A stretch of 63,861 bases of DNA, filler included, from Klebsormidium nitens (lineage: Eukaryota; Plantae; Klebsormidiophyceae): assembly GCA_000708835.1 (NCBI GenBank). It is 13 parts of 13 records of this genome, joined end to end, with 100 filler letters (N's around TTAATTAATTAA, not from the genome) between each part and the next. Parts side by side here need not be neighbours in the genome. Positions count along the whole stretch, not along the records: positions 29,284 to 34,009 come from DF238478.1; positions 34,110 to 36,628 come from DF238709.1; positions 36,729 to 42,986 come from DF238371.1; 10 more parts are not named here. One strand, written 5' to 3'. This document shows, in pieces, positions 32,701 through 43,086 of the stretch. Position 1 is the first letter of the stretch. Each line of letters opens with the position of its first letter. The position numbers were made by a program, and so were the translations under genes. The notes under the pieces were generated by a model. That model ran no database searches. It was not told the origin of the DNA and saw nothing but the letters and a program-made list of their open reading frames with translations.

Positions 32701-33834
32701 TCATCTCGAATGGCGGAAAAAAATCCTCAAGATCGAACATTTTGGCCCACCTTGATTGCGAGTGCTCGTCTGCCGTCAATGTGAGGAAGAAATGTGGCAT
32801 CCCCCCGGCATCCATATGCGCAAGAAGGTCTTATAGGTTTTTCTTGTGCCAAGGCTGGAGACCCAGCCATAGACGAAGGAATCTTGTGTTTTAAAACATG
32901 TTTCATGACCTCCTCCTCTAACGCAATACGATGATCGAGACAATATTTGTGAATGGCCTTGTCGTACGCAACATTCTTAGTGGTGTTCGGAAAGACAACT
33001 GCTTTGCTAACCTGATAGATTAGAAGCAGATAAGGGGGGTACAAATGAACACCAAGAACAGAGACTTCATGCGTCGTCTGAGATATTGCGAAAATTGGCC
33101 GGTGCTTTTGAAACGCCTCTATCAGAGGGGAACAAGAAGGGAAAGAGTGCAAATTCCAAGGTGAAATTGAACTTAGATATGACACCAGAGGGAGGAAGAC
33201 CCTGGTAATCAGTGCGAAGACGCTCCAGAACATAACCCTCTTTTGTCACAGGGGACCCCACTTCGAAAACGGTATTTATAGAGACACCATTATGAGATGC
33301 TGTCCAACTAAAGAATCCCAACGCAGTCATATAGGTCCCGACAAGGTCCCCGCTCATTGTTTAAAAAGGGCCACGTTCGCGTTTATTGACAATGATTTCA
33401 TTGACAACTTCTGAATCCAGCACAAAAAACACCATACTTAGAAGGAGGGTATTCGAAAATGATCAAATACTTGGAATACCGAGGATTCTCGCGAAAGTTC
33501 AATCCAAGCAGTGGGGATGTCATCCAAGTTTGAACATTCAAGCGTCTTGTCTCAAAGAAGCAAAGGCCCACCCAATAGAGAAGAGTCCTCCAAGGCCGTG
33601 TGCAAACTCTCGAACCGTCCGCACCATCTCAACGTTGACATCAACCAGAACGAGCATCTGAACGTGAAGAGGATGGATGTGTAAAAGTGATCCCATATAT
33701 CTAGGATGGAAAACGACGATTGACACACTAGCAGCAGAGTCCTTGGCACGAGTGACAAGCAAATCAACGTTCAGAAACAAAGATGAGGAACTTCTGCATG
33801 TGCGCGTTTGCAATGCCGTATGGGGAGTAGTCAC
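29796..33834 (-). mobile_element. Helitron Rep-helicase pseudogene (many stops and frameshifts)
   Basis: Rep: LEFALFPFLFP, motif 1 PHFFLTLT, motif 2 YEIQERGSYHAHVIL (HUH at 32533-32541), motif 3 HYLLKYAM (about 32152-32180). PIF1 helicase: IVSGGFGS, AASVRLG...TVHGQFSI, HLIDEFLMM, LAYAMTGHNSEGATL, LYVTLLSRVR. Confidence 0.9.
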
Positions 33835-33938
33835 CTAGAGACTTAACAGTAGAAAGTGCGGCATCAAGGACTCTCCAGAGCAACATGTCCACAGACGGCA
33901 CAACACATCATAGCAGTAAAGGCCAGAACACATACGCC

Positions 33939-34009
33939 TGTTGAAACACAGCATTGTTGAAAGTGATATTCATTCATGTTGAAACACAGCGTTGTGAAGT
34001 GATATCAAT
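33939..34009 (-). repeat. Two abutting 3' ends of the copia LTR family seen at 56041-56386
   Basis: TGTTGAAACACAGC(A/G)TTGT...AAGTGATAT at 33939-33976 and again at 33977-34009. Confidence 0.8.
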
Positions 34010-34109
34010 NNNNNNNNNNNNNNNNNNNNNNNNNNNNNNNNNNNNNNNNNNNNTTAATTAATTAANNNNNNNNNNNNNNNNNNNNNNNNNNNNNNNNNNN
34101 NNNNNNNNN

Positions 34110-34633
34110 TTGCGCAATGCACGCTTGCCGGGTTTACCGGCCTCCAGCGTTACAACCCTGCTTGCATGCACGAAGGAAATGGTACGTCGCAACCAATCGA
34201 CAGACTTGTTACCCGACTCTAGCCATGGAAGACCCAAGATGATGTCATACGTTACATCTGTAACGGTGAAATGTAGGTCCTCGGAGTACTCAGAACCGAC
34301 CGAAAATGGCACGGCTTGAGTAGTCCATTTGACCGGTTGCTGTGAACCGTTGGCTAGAGTTACGGGTTCCAAACTATCGTCAGACCGTAAACCGATGTTC
34401 AAACCACGCGCAAACTCAGATGACATCACAATATCAGAGCAACCGGAATCAATCAACACCCTGCATGCACGACCTAGTACTTGACCACGCAAGAAGATCA
34501 ACCGAGAAGATTTGGGTCCGGTAGGACCCGGTGTGGGTGGGGCAGCCTTGCGGTTCCTGGGGAGGGACTTGCGGTCCCTTGCAGTGCCACCAGTGGACGT
34601 CCCGGGACCGTCTACTGGGGCGTGAAGTTTTCC
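34110..34633 (-). CDS. Gypsy aspartic protease (start of pol, -1 frame relative to gag), truncated by contig end
   Basis: GKLHAPVDGP...LIFLRGQVLGRACRVLIDSGCSDIVMS...YDIILGLPWL. Confidence 0.88.
34590..34633 (-). promoter_or_regulatory. Putative -1 ribosomal frameshift signal (G GAA AAC plus downstream hairpin)
   Basis: Heptamer at 34627-34633, 8-nt spacer, hairpin CCAGTAGACGGTCCCGGGACGTCCACTGG (34590-34618); the -1 frame is open from the heptamer into the protease. Confidence 0.7.
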
Positions 34634-35433
34634 GAGCTGCGGGGCTCGGAGTCGAGGTCGATGAGATCGGGGTGGTCGGTGGAAGGCGCCTGGTGGTCAA
34701 TGTGGTTGACACCAGGGCGCTGCACAGGGGACTGGGTGTTAAGGGGGCAGTTAGTCGCAATGTGCCCGGTTTGCCTGCAACGGAAGCAACCACCAATCTT
34801 CCGTAACCGATCTCTCTCAGCATCGGTTAGCGGGGGCAGTCTGCGCCTCAGTGCATCAATCTCCATGGGAACAGGGTCAGCGACAGGGTTAGCAGGACGG
34901 GGAAGAATCGGGATTGGGTTAGTTGAATTGAACCGCCCTTTGGGCTGGCGGTCCAATCCGAACCCTGGGGTGAAGAGGGAGTCCATGCGGTCGGCCAGCT
35001 TGACCGCTTCGTCGAAGGTGCTCGGCTCGCGCATGGTAACTTCCATACGTGTGCGCGGCTTGAGTCCCCGGACGAAGCGGTCGAGCAGCTCCTCGTCGTG
35101 GACGTTGGGGATCTGCATGGATAATTCCTGGAATTTGTGAGCATAGGTTCTGACACTGCCTTCCTGTCTGAGGCTTGCCATCTTGTCTCTCGCATGGCGA
35201 GTGGCATTGACAGCCCGAAAACGCGCAATCAGCTCATCGTGAAAATACGACCAGTCCATCAACAGCTCGTGCTCGGGGGTGCGCTCCAGGCGCTGACATA
35301 TGAAGCGCCACCAAGTCTTAGCACCCCCCTCAAGCAAACCGGTCGCATACAACACCTGAGCATCTGCTGGAATGTGCATGCCCTGAAAATACCTCTCACA
35401 ATCGAACAAGAAGTTCTCCACTGTGCCCACAGT
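34612..35433 (-). CDS. Gypsy Gag (C-terminal part, intact copy) with CCHC knuckle
   Basis: ORF 34612-35430: LLEGGAKTWW, QEGSVRTY..KF, LLDRFVRGLKP, CFRCRQTGHIATNC. Confidence 0.9.
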   Translation of the reverse strand, partial: TVGTVENFLFDCERYFQGMHIPADAQVLYATGLLEGGAKTWWRFICQRLERTPEHELLMDWSYFHDELIARFRAVNATRHARDKMASLRQEGSVRTYAHKFQELSMQIPNVHDEELLDRFVRGLKPRTRMEVTMREPSTFDEAVKLADRMDSLFTPGFGLDRQPKGRFNSTNPIPILPRPANPVADPVPMEIDALRRRLPPLTDAERDRLRKIGGCFRCRQTGHIATNCPLNTQSPVQRPGVNHIDHQAPSTDHPDLIDLDSEPRSSENFTPQ

Positions 35434-35590
35434 NNNNNNNNNNNNNNNNNNNNNNNNNNNNNNNNNNNNNNNNNNNNNNNNNNNNNNNNNNNNNNNNNNN
35501 NNNNNNNNNNNNNNNNNNNNNNNNNNNNNNNNNNNNNNNNNNNNNNNNNNNNNNNNNNNNNNNNNNNNNNNNNNNNNNNNNNNNNNNNNN

Positions 35591-36243
35591 CTTCGTCGAA
35601 GGTGCTCGGCTCGCGCATGGTAACTTCCATGCGTGTGCGAGGCTTGAGTCCCCGGACGAAGCGGTCGAGCAGCTCCTCGTCGTGGACGTTGGGGATCTGC
35701 ATGGATAATTCCTGGAATTTGTGAGCATAGGTTCTGACACTGCCTTCCTGTCTGAGGCTTGCCATCTTGTCTCTCGCATGGCGAGTGGCATTGACAGCCC
35801 GAAAACGCGCAATCAGCTCATCGTGAAAATACGACCAGTCCATCAACAGCTCATGCTCGGGGGTACGCTCCAGGCGCTGACAGATAAAGCGCCATCAAGT
35901 CTTAGCACCCCCCTCAAGCAGACCGGTCGCATACAACACCTGAGCATCTGCTGGAATGTGCATGCCCTAAAAATACCTCTCACAATCGAACAAGAAGTTC
36001 TCCACTGTGCCCACAGTGGAGGAACCATAAGTTAAAGGGTTTGGGTTGGGGAAGCTTAAGCCTCCCCGTTACCTCCCGGTTCACAACCGGCTCGGGGTTC
36101 TGGGGTACCGGCTGAGGTACCGGCAGGGCTTCGTGCGCGGCCACAGGAGCTGCAGCTTGGAACTCCGCCAAGCGTCGCACCTCTCCTTGCAGCCCTGCCA
36201 CGAGGCCTGCCTGCTCCGTCAGCATCACAGCCGGGTCAACCAT
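35591..36243 (-). pseudogene. Gypsy gag, 5' copy with a frameshift and two premature stops
   Basis: MVDPAVMLTEQ...KLPQPKPFN then a shift to GSSTVGTVENFLFDCERYF; CAG>TAG and TGG>TGA relative to the second copy (35007-35433). Confidence 0.8.
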
Positions 36244-36527
36244 CTGTGGTTCTGTAATTGGATAGAAACAAAAATAATCCCGCTGATTGCATTTGCAGTT
36301 CGGTTGGCATGAGGCGATGAGGAATAAATTGTTAGATAGGCGCAGCATACAAATAAAATGACTGCAATTCTGTTCCTATCGAGCTAGCCTGGCTGCGAGG
36401 TTATGTCGCACGACAGACAGTTCAGTCATGGCTGCGCAGGACCTCCACCTTGATGGCTTGGGAAGGGGTTAGAGAGACCAGGACGGAGTGCTTGGTGAGT
36501 GGGAAGAGAGAGGGGAAGGATCGCTTC

Positions 36528-36539
36528 CTCGCAATACCA
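36528..36539 (-). promoter_or_regulatory. Primer-binding site TGGTATTGCGAG
   Basis: Lies 1 nt after the LTR terminal CA (36541) and begins TGG, complementary to a tRNA CCA end. Confidence 0.7.
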
Positions 36540-36728
36540 ATGTAATCGGGAGCTCCCTTAAGCTATATAAGGGATCCTGATTTCTCCAGTGGATGCGGAG
36601 AGAGCTAGTGTAGAGTTGAGAAAGATCTNNNNNNNNNNNNNNNNNNNNNNNNNNNNNNNNNNNNNNNNNNNNTTAATTAATTAANNNNNNNNNNNNNNNN
36701 NNNNNNNNNNNNNNNNNNNNNNNNNNNN

Positions 36729-38902
36729 TTCACGGAAGGCAGAGGGCGCCGTGCTTTGTGTGCGGTGACACGGGCCATCTGGGAGCGCAGTATTCGAAGC
36801 GGGTGGTGCCATCGGCAGTTGCTGCGCCCGCCCCGAGGGCGACGCAGAGTGTCAGCAGCGCAGAATTCGCGGAGTTTCAGGCATGGAAGATGTCTGCGCA
36901 GGCTGCGACGGCAGTTGGGGCGAGCGATGAGGAGGAAGAAGGGTCGGAGTGGGACGACCAAGAATACGAGTTAGGGGCGGTGGCGCTCCCGCTCGGTACG
37001 CCTGGGGTGGTCATGGCAGCGGCGGGCACGAAGGAAGGAGCGCACAAAGCTAGGGCAACCAGGGCCGCCAGGGCTCGGGGACCGGCCAAGGAGGGGCCTG
37101 GGGGGGAGGAAACAAAGGGTGCGGCGGGCTCAGCGGTGGGGACGGCGCAGATCGCAGGACCGGTGAACATAGCTGCGGCGGAGGCGCTAAAAGCGAGGCG
37201 AGACAAGGCAGCGGCAAAGGAGCGCCTGGTCAAGCTCCCGGATCACGGCCGTCAAGTGGCACCGCAGGGGCTTAACCGGCTGCCCAAGGGTTTTAAGGTG
37301 AAGGAAGCAGGCCCAGCCGGCAATGCCCCCCACGGTCAGCGCGCAGCAGCAGCGGAGGGGGTAATGCCTAACACCACGCGCCGTGCTGTCACAGGCGCCA
37401 CAAACCAGGTAGGACAGGCCGCGAGCAGGTGTGAGCAGCCTGGGTTGGTTGGTCACGGCTCCCTTGTCTCGGGCGAGGTGCGTCTGCCGGTGGCCCTGTT
37501 CCTGGACCTGGCTGAGAAAGCGGGCCTGGACCTGGCGACGGTTGCGTCCCTTACTCGGGATGGCCAGGTGCTGGGGGGCGAGCTGCCGGCCAGGGTGAGG
37601 GCAGGAAGGGCCCTGTCCCCAATCGCGCTAAAGGCGCGCAGGGCCAGGGAAGAACGTGCTGCGGAGGAGACTGGGGAGAGGCACGAAGCGATGGTGGGGC
37701 CCGTCGCGCAGCCGGCGTTGGCGGGCAGCGCAGCACGAGCAGAGAAAGGGCGCGAGCAGGAGGACCAAGCGCGGGAAGTCGCGTTTGCGGACGCAATCGC
37801 GTGGGCAGACGCTGCGGAGGCTGAGGAGCAGCCAGAGAGCTCGGCCATGGGGGCCGCCCGTATGCGCAGGCGCGCTGGGGGAGAGCGCCAAGGGGCTGAT
37901 GCAGATGCGGAGCTGGCGCGCGCCATGGCGGAGGAGGAGGAGGAAGGCGCAAGGGCAGCCTACCGGGCGCGCGCAGCCGCGGTGGACGAGGATGCGCGGG
38001 TAGCCAGGGAGCTGGTGGCGCAGGAGGCGCGCAAGCGGGGGGTGGACCAGGCAGCAGCGATGCGGGCGCAGGACCCGCAAGGCGCAACGGGTGGTGCGGC
38101 TGCAGGCGCCCCAGCAGCGGGGGCACCCAAGGGGAAGGGGAAGGTACAGCAAGGGGATCCCCCTTTGGTGCAGGTCCTGGCCTGGGAAAAGAAGTTAAGC
38201 ACAGGGGCATGGAGGGGCGCGGCCCAGCTGGCAGAGGTGGTGGTGACACCCAAGGAGGATGTGGTGGTGGCAGCCGCAACCCGGGCCCAGGCAATGGCCT
38301 GTTTCGCGGAGGGCAGGCCCCTCGTCAGCCCCTCAGAGCGCGAGCACGTGGAGGGGGTTCCGGACTGGGTAGATAACGCCACCAAGGTAGTGAAAGTGAT
38401 GACCACTAAGGGTTGGTGGGCCCCAGATCGGGTGTTGCTGGACGGAGGGAGTTTTTACTCCATGGCGGGGGCGCGGCTGAAGGCTCGGCTGGGGCTAACG
38501 GAGGCGGACATGGACACGGGTGGGCACCGGGTCCAAACAGCAATGGGCAAAGTGGAGGTGCTGCCGGGGGGTCTGACAAAGGAGCCAGTCCCAATAGTCT
38601 TAAACCCAGGTACTGCGGAAGAGTTGTGCTTGTTGGAAAAGCTAGCTTTCACCGGCTCAACGGGGTATGACCTGCTGATTGGCACGAGGGCTGCCTATCC
38701 AGCAGGTCTCTCAGTTGACCGGTGGACTGAGGAGGGAGTGTACCGGGTGAATTGGCGGACGGAGGGGGACAAGGTGGGCAAGCTTCCCATGAAGCTCCAC
38801 CAGGGGAAGCCAGGGGAGTGGGCAACTGTTGGGGGCAGGGGCGGGAAACGGCAGCAGAAGGGCGCGGCCAGTGTGGCCCTGGCCTGTTGCTTAACCAACT
38901 GA
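36729..38902 (+). pseudogene. Gag C-terminus (zinc knuckle), long Ala/Gly-rich linker and aspartic protease
   Basis: CFVCGDTGHLGAQY (last Cys changed to Tyr); RVLLDGGSFYSM (protease active-site variant) and GYDLLIG; in-frame TGA at 38900-38902. Confidence 0.8.
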
Positions 38903-38920
38903 ACGGCAGGGCCGGGTCGC

Positions 38921-40170
38921 TTGCCGGCATGGTTTGGGAGGCGCACGCAGGAAGGGGGAGTGACCCGGTCAGAAGGGGAGGGGGCGGCAAAGGAGACGCT
39001 GTCACCAGTGGAGCGAGTGGGGAGGCGCCTCGCTACAAGGTGGCCTAGGGGGCCACAGATTGATATTGCAGCAGAAGCTAAGCGCGCTGTGAGCGCCGCA
39101 GTGGGCACGCAGCGGAGAAAGCCGGGTAAACCTCCGCAAGGGGCCATTCCCCAGCTGGCAGGGTGTAAACCGTTGGACCAGCGCCTGGTGCCGGCGCTAC
39201 CTGGCGACCGGCCGCTACGGGTGCTGGAACTGTTTGCAGGGGTGGGGTCTGCCACACAGGCGCTGGCGCGGTTGGGGTACGAACTGGGGGAGTTTATTGC
39301 GTGCGAAGCGAGGGGGGCAGCCAGGGTGGTGCACGCTCACGCGTTAAGCGAGCTGGCGCGGGAGTTTCCCCAGACCGTTCGGGGCAGGGCGGGGGCCCAG
39401 CTGCATCACCGCTTCCCTCAGGACATCCGGCTGATCACGAGCCAAGCCCTTCGGGAGTTGGGACCCATTGACTTGGTGGTGGCCGGGTAGCCATGTCAAG
39501 GCAACAGCGCGGCAGGGAATGGGCTGGGGCTGGATGATGCGAGGAGCGGGCTCCTCAAAGAGTTGATGAGTGTTTTGAATGAGCTGCAGGCCCTCCACCA
39601 AGCCTGGGGACAGCCGATGGCCTACCTGATCGAGCACGTCGCCGCGGGCCATGACAAGCGACCCCGCGTGCGCGAGCACTTCGAGGCAGTTCGAGGTTTG
39701 CTGGGGCTCGAGGTGGTGTTGGACGCCGCGCAGCTGGGGTCCAGGGCTCACCGGTTGCGGGCCTGGTGGACCAACTTAGAAGGCGTCTCCTTGCTGCGGG
39801 AGGCGTTGGGTCAGCAGTTGCGGCCGCCAGGCTTGTTTGTCCACCAAGTCCTGGGGCGCAATCGCCGAGCCCGAAATCCCAAGTCAGCAGGTGTGGCGCC
39901 TTGGGCAAAGGTGGAGATCCCCGGCACGCCTCGTAGGGCGCTCAACACCTTCGTCAGCTACGGGGGGTCTTACGCATTCTCTCGGGGCGGAGGGGGGGTC
40001 CTCCGCTGCGGACGGCCAGGTCACGTTTGAGGAGCCCACAGCAGACGAACGTGCCCTGGCGATGGGGTTTCCACGTGAGTTTGGGAGCGCGCCGGGGATC
40101 TCAGAGTTGACCCGCAGGGAGCTGCTAGGGCAAGCTATGGATCTCAACTCCCTCATGTGGATCCTGGCAG
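38921..40170 (+). pseudogene. Retrotransposon-borne C5 cytosine methyltransferase (DNMT) domain
   Basis: Motif I VLELFAGVGS, motif II ACE, motif III PQDIR, motif IV VAG*PCQGNS (W to stop at 39488-39490), motif VI LIEHV, motif VIII AHRLRAWWTNL, then a frameshift near 40010 to EPTADERALAMGF...RELLGQAMD (motifs IX-X). Confidence 0.92.
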
Positions 40171-40460
40171 CTTGCCGCGAGGGCGGGCGCCGCCGCAAAG
40201 TCTCGCTGGGAGGGGACAGGGTAGTGGGCCCAGCTGGCAGCGAGACTGTGGGGCGCGCACGACAGAGCGTGGCAGGAGCTGGCGCTGAGGGGCGTGCAGA
40301 GCAGGGCGCTGCAAGGCGCGCGGCGGCTAGTGGTTGTGCGGGGCGCACCCGCAAGACGGCGCTGCGGGACAGCAGGGGTGGCAAGGCCCAGGTCGCGGCG
40401 GTGGGGGCAGCGGTGGGAGAAGGCACTGGCGCAGGGCTGCTGGCTGGGCAGGTGCCAAAA

Positions 40461-40730
40461 GAGCAGGGGGGTGCTCGCGGCGGGCCCAGCCGTGTGAGCC
40501 CCCCTGTCTCAGGCACCGGGCAGCCGGCGGTGGCGGCCGGANNNNNNNNNNNNNNNNNNNNAGCCGGCGGTGGCGGCCGGAGGGGAGGAGCAGGGGGGTG
40601 CTCGCGGCGGGCCCAGCGGTGTGAGCCCCCCTGTCTCAGGCACCAGGCAGCCGGCAGTGGCGGCTGGAGGGGAGGAGCAGGGGGGTGCTCGCGGCGGGCC
40701 CAGCCGTGTGAGCCCCCCTGCGTCAGGCAC
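40461..40730 (+). repeat. 87-bp tandem repeat (29 aa, EEQGGARGGPSxVSPPVSGTRQPAVAAGG) between DNMT and RT; copy number uncertain because of the N gap
   Basis: Units start at 40461, 40588 and 40675; each contains an imperfect inverted repeat CAGGGGGG(TG)CTC...GAGCCCCCCTG. Confidence 0.9.
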
Positions 40731-40732
40731 GG

Positions 40733-42230
40733 ATGCTGCGGGGTTGGCGGTGGCAGCAGGTGCAGGCCCTGTGAAGGGGTTGGAGCAGGATGGGTGGACG
40801 GTGGGAAGTCAGCTGGGAGAGGCTGACCGAGCGCAGGTGGCGGCGATAGTGGAGAAAAACAGGGACGTGTTTGCGTTTGGGTTGGGGGAGATCGGGGAGT
40901 TTAAATTGTTCGAGGTAGAGCTGAAGCTCAAGTCGGAGCAGCCCATCTTTGAGCGCAGGCGGAGGCACAACGCAAGGGAGTGGGAGCTGGTTGACGAGAG
41001 GTGTCGGGAATTAGAGGAGGCGGGGATAATCGAGGAGTGTGATAGTGACTTCGCGGCCAATTCGGTGATGGCGGCTAAAAAGGACCCTGAGGGGAACTGG
41101 AAGCTGGCGCGGTTCTGCACGGACCTGCGCGCCATCAACGAGCAGACGGCCCAGGACAGATATCCCATGCCCTTGCCAGAGGAGGTACTGGAAGGGTTGG
41201 GGCACGCGAAGTTCTACTCCACGATTGACATCCGGGGGGCGTTCCATCAGCTAGTGGTCAAGAAGGAGGACCGGAGGAAATTGGCCTTTTGGTCAAGTTC
41301 CAAGCTCTACTGCTGGAAGCGCTGTCCCTTTGGCGCCAGGAACGCCAGCGCCTGGTTCCAGAGGGCGATCGACCGCACGCTTCGGGGGCTGGAGTCGTTT
41401 GCCCGGAGCTTTGTGGATGACCTGCTGGTGGCAGGGGGGGAAACGGTCGAGGAGTACATGGGGTTGGTGCAGCGCGTGTTTGACCGGCTGCGGGAGGTGG
41501 GGCTTAAATGCCACCCGGAAAAGTGCTGCTTCGCTGCTGATTCAGTGGAGTATCTGGGGATGTGGTTGCGGCCAGGGATTGTCTCCCCTCAGGTTGCTAA
41601 GGTGGCGGCGATTGCGGCGCTCCCGCGCCCCACGGACGTCACGTCTGTCAGGGCCTTCTCCGGGGTGGTGAACTACTACCGCCAGTTTATTCTTGAGTGC
41701 AGCCGGCTGCAGGCGCCCCTCAATGCACTGACCAAGAAGGGGGCATTGTGGGAGTGGGGCGAGGCCCAGGAGGGAGCCTTTCAGGCGCTCAAGGAGGCGC
41801 TCCAAGGGGACCCTGTGTTGGTGCTGCCCAAGCGGGGCAGGCCTTTCCGCGTGCGCTGCGATTGGAGCAAGAAGGGCGTTGGAGGGGTGCTGCTGCAGGA
41901 GGATGACAAGGGGGTGGAACGGGTTGTTGCGTACGGCAGCCGGAGTTGCAATGGGGCAGAGTCAAGGTACAGCAGCTTCGAGGGGGAGCTGCTGGCGGCA
42001 GTCTATTTCGTACGACTGTGGCGCCAGTACCTGTACGGCGAGCGGTTCACGCTTGAGAGCGATCACCAGCCGCTCAAGTGGATCCTCACTAACAGCAAGC
42101 TGACACGCAAGATGGCCAGGTGGGCCTTGATGCTCAGTGAGTTCAGCTTCGAAGTTGTCCACAAGCCGGGGGTGGACAATGAAATGGATTGCCTTAGTCG
42201 TTTCCCTCAAGAGAGCACGGACGACTGCAC
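40733..42230 (+). CDS. Gypsy reverse transcriptase and RNase H
   Basis: RFCTDLRAIN, YPMP, STIDIRGAFHQ, CPFGARNA, FVDD (RT); VRCDWS, EGELLA, ESDHQPL, ARWALML, NEMDCLSR (RNase H). The frame shifts after about 42300; DVWEDAALL at 42866 marks the pre-integrase segment. Confidence 0.93.
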
Positions 42231-43086
42231 GGGGGTGCGCCAGGAGGGGGAGTTGGGGGACCAGTTCGTGTGGCCGGCAGCCTTGTGTTTAGCGTGGGCT
42301 CCCCTGACAAAGGGGGCGCGGTTTGCAGTGAGGGGACAGGGCGCAGCATCGGTGGCTGCGGCGGCAACGCCAGGAGGCGCGCGGCAGGGGCATGCAGAAC
42401 GAGGGGAGCAGTGCAGGGGGGCGCAGGTGAGGCGCCAGGCAGCGCCAGCAGGTGCGCGCCAGGAGAGCGCAGAGGCGCCAGTGTCTGGTGCCTCGCAGGG
42501 CAGCTGTGGGCCTGGGGAGCAGGCAAGAACATGTGATGGAGGAGTGCGCAGAGGAGGGGCAGGCGCTGGCGGGGCGCCAGAAGGGAGGACGCACGCTGGA
42601 GGGGTGCGCGCTGTGGCGGTGGGACGCACAAAGCGCGCGCAGACAAGCGCGGCGGGGCGCGCAGAACAGGGCGCTGGAGGGGCAAGAGCCGGTGGGGAGC
42701 GCGCTGAGGCTGCAGGACACTGTGGGGCGCGCACTGAGGCTGCAGGACGCCGCGGTGGCGACTCAAGGGGGAGTCTGGTGTCTGATCGGCGGGTGACAGC
42801 TGACGCAGCACTTGAGGCTGAGTGGGGAGGTCCCCACCCCGGGGGTGCAGGCGCAGGCAGCAGCTGACGTGTGGGAGGATGCGGCGCTTTTGGCGCTGCT
42901 CAGGGGAGGAGGGTACGCGCCCTCAGCTGAGCGTGCGGAGCAGGACCGCTTGCTTGTGACGTTTGGGCAATGGTTAAGTCTAACCGNNNNNNNNNNNNNN
43001 NNNNNNNNNNNNNNNNNNNNNNNNNNNNNNTTAATTAATTAANNNNNNNNNNNNNNNNNNNNNNNNNNNNNNNNNNNNNNNNNNNN

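Larger units (their letters stand above)
34110..36628 (-). mobile_element. Ty3/gypsy element, 5' part (LTR end, PBS, gag, protease)
   Basis: LTR ends ...GATTACA at 36541, PBS follows, then gag (retrotransposon gag helices and CFRCRQTGHIATNC) and protease LIDSGC. The gag segment appears twice across an N gap. Confidence 0.92.
36729..42986 (+). mobile_element. Ty3/gypsy retrotransposon carrying a C5 DNA methyltransferase (gag-PR-DNMT-RT-RH), decayed and truncated before integrase
   Basis: ORFs 36758-38902, 38921-39490 and 39563-40030 are in one frame, separated by single TGA/TAG stops; RT and RNase H follow. Confidence 0.92.

Noticed and set aside
5231-40170. Three methyltransferase domains in one window read as a single methylation island
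   Set aside because: They lie on three separate contigs joined by linkers; there is no physical linkage.
36877-42811. Long antisense and alternative-frame ORFs (e.g. 37551-38294, 39884-40516, 42194-42811)
   Set aside because: Pro/Ala/Arg-rich shadows of very GC-rich gypsy coding sequence; no motifs.
42300-42867. C-terminal 190 aa of ORF 40570-42867 as a novel domain after RNase H
   Set aside because: Low-complexity, frame-shifted linker with short repeats; the conserved DVWED segment resumes in another frame.
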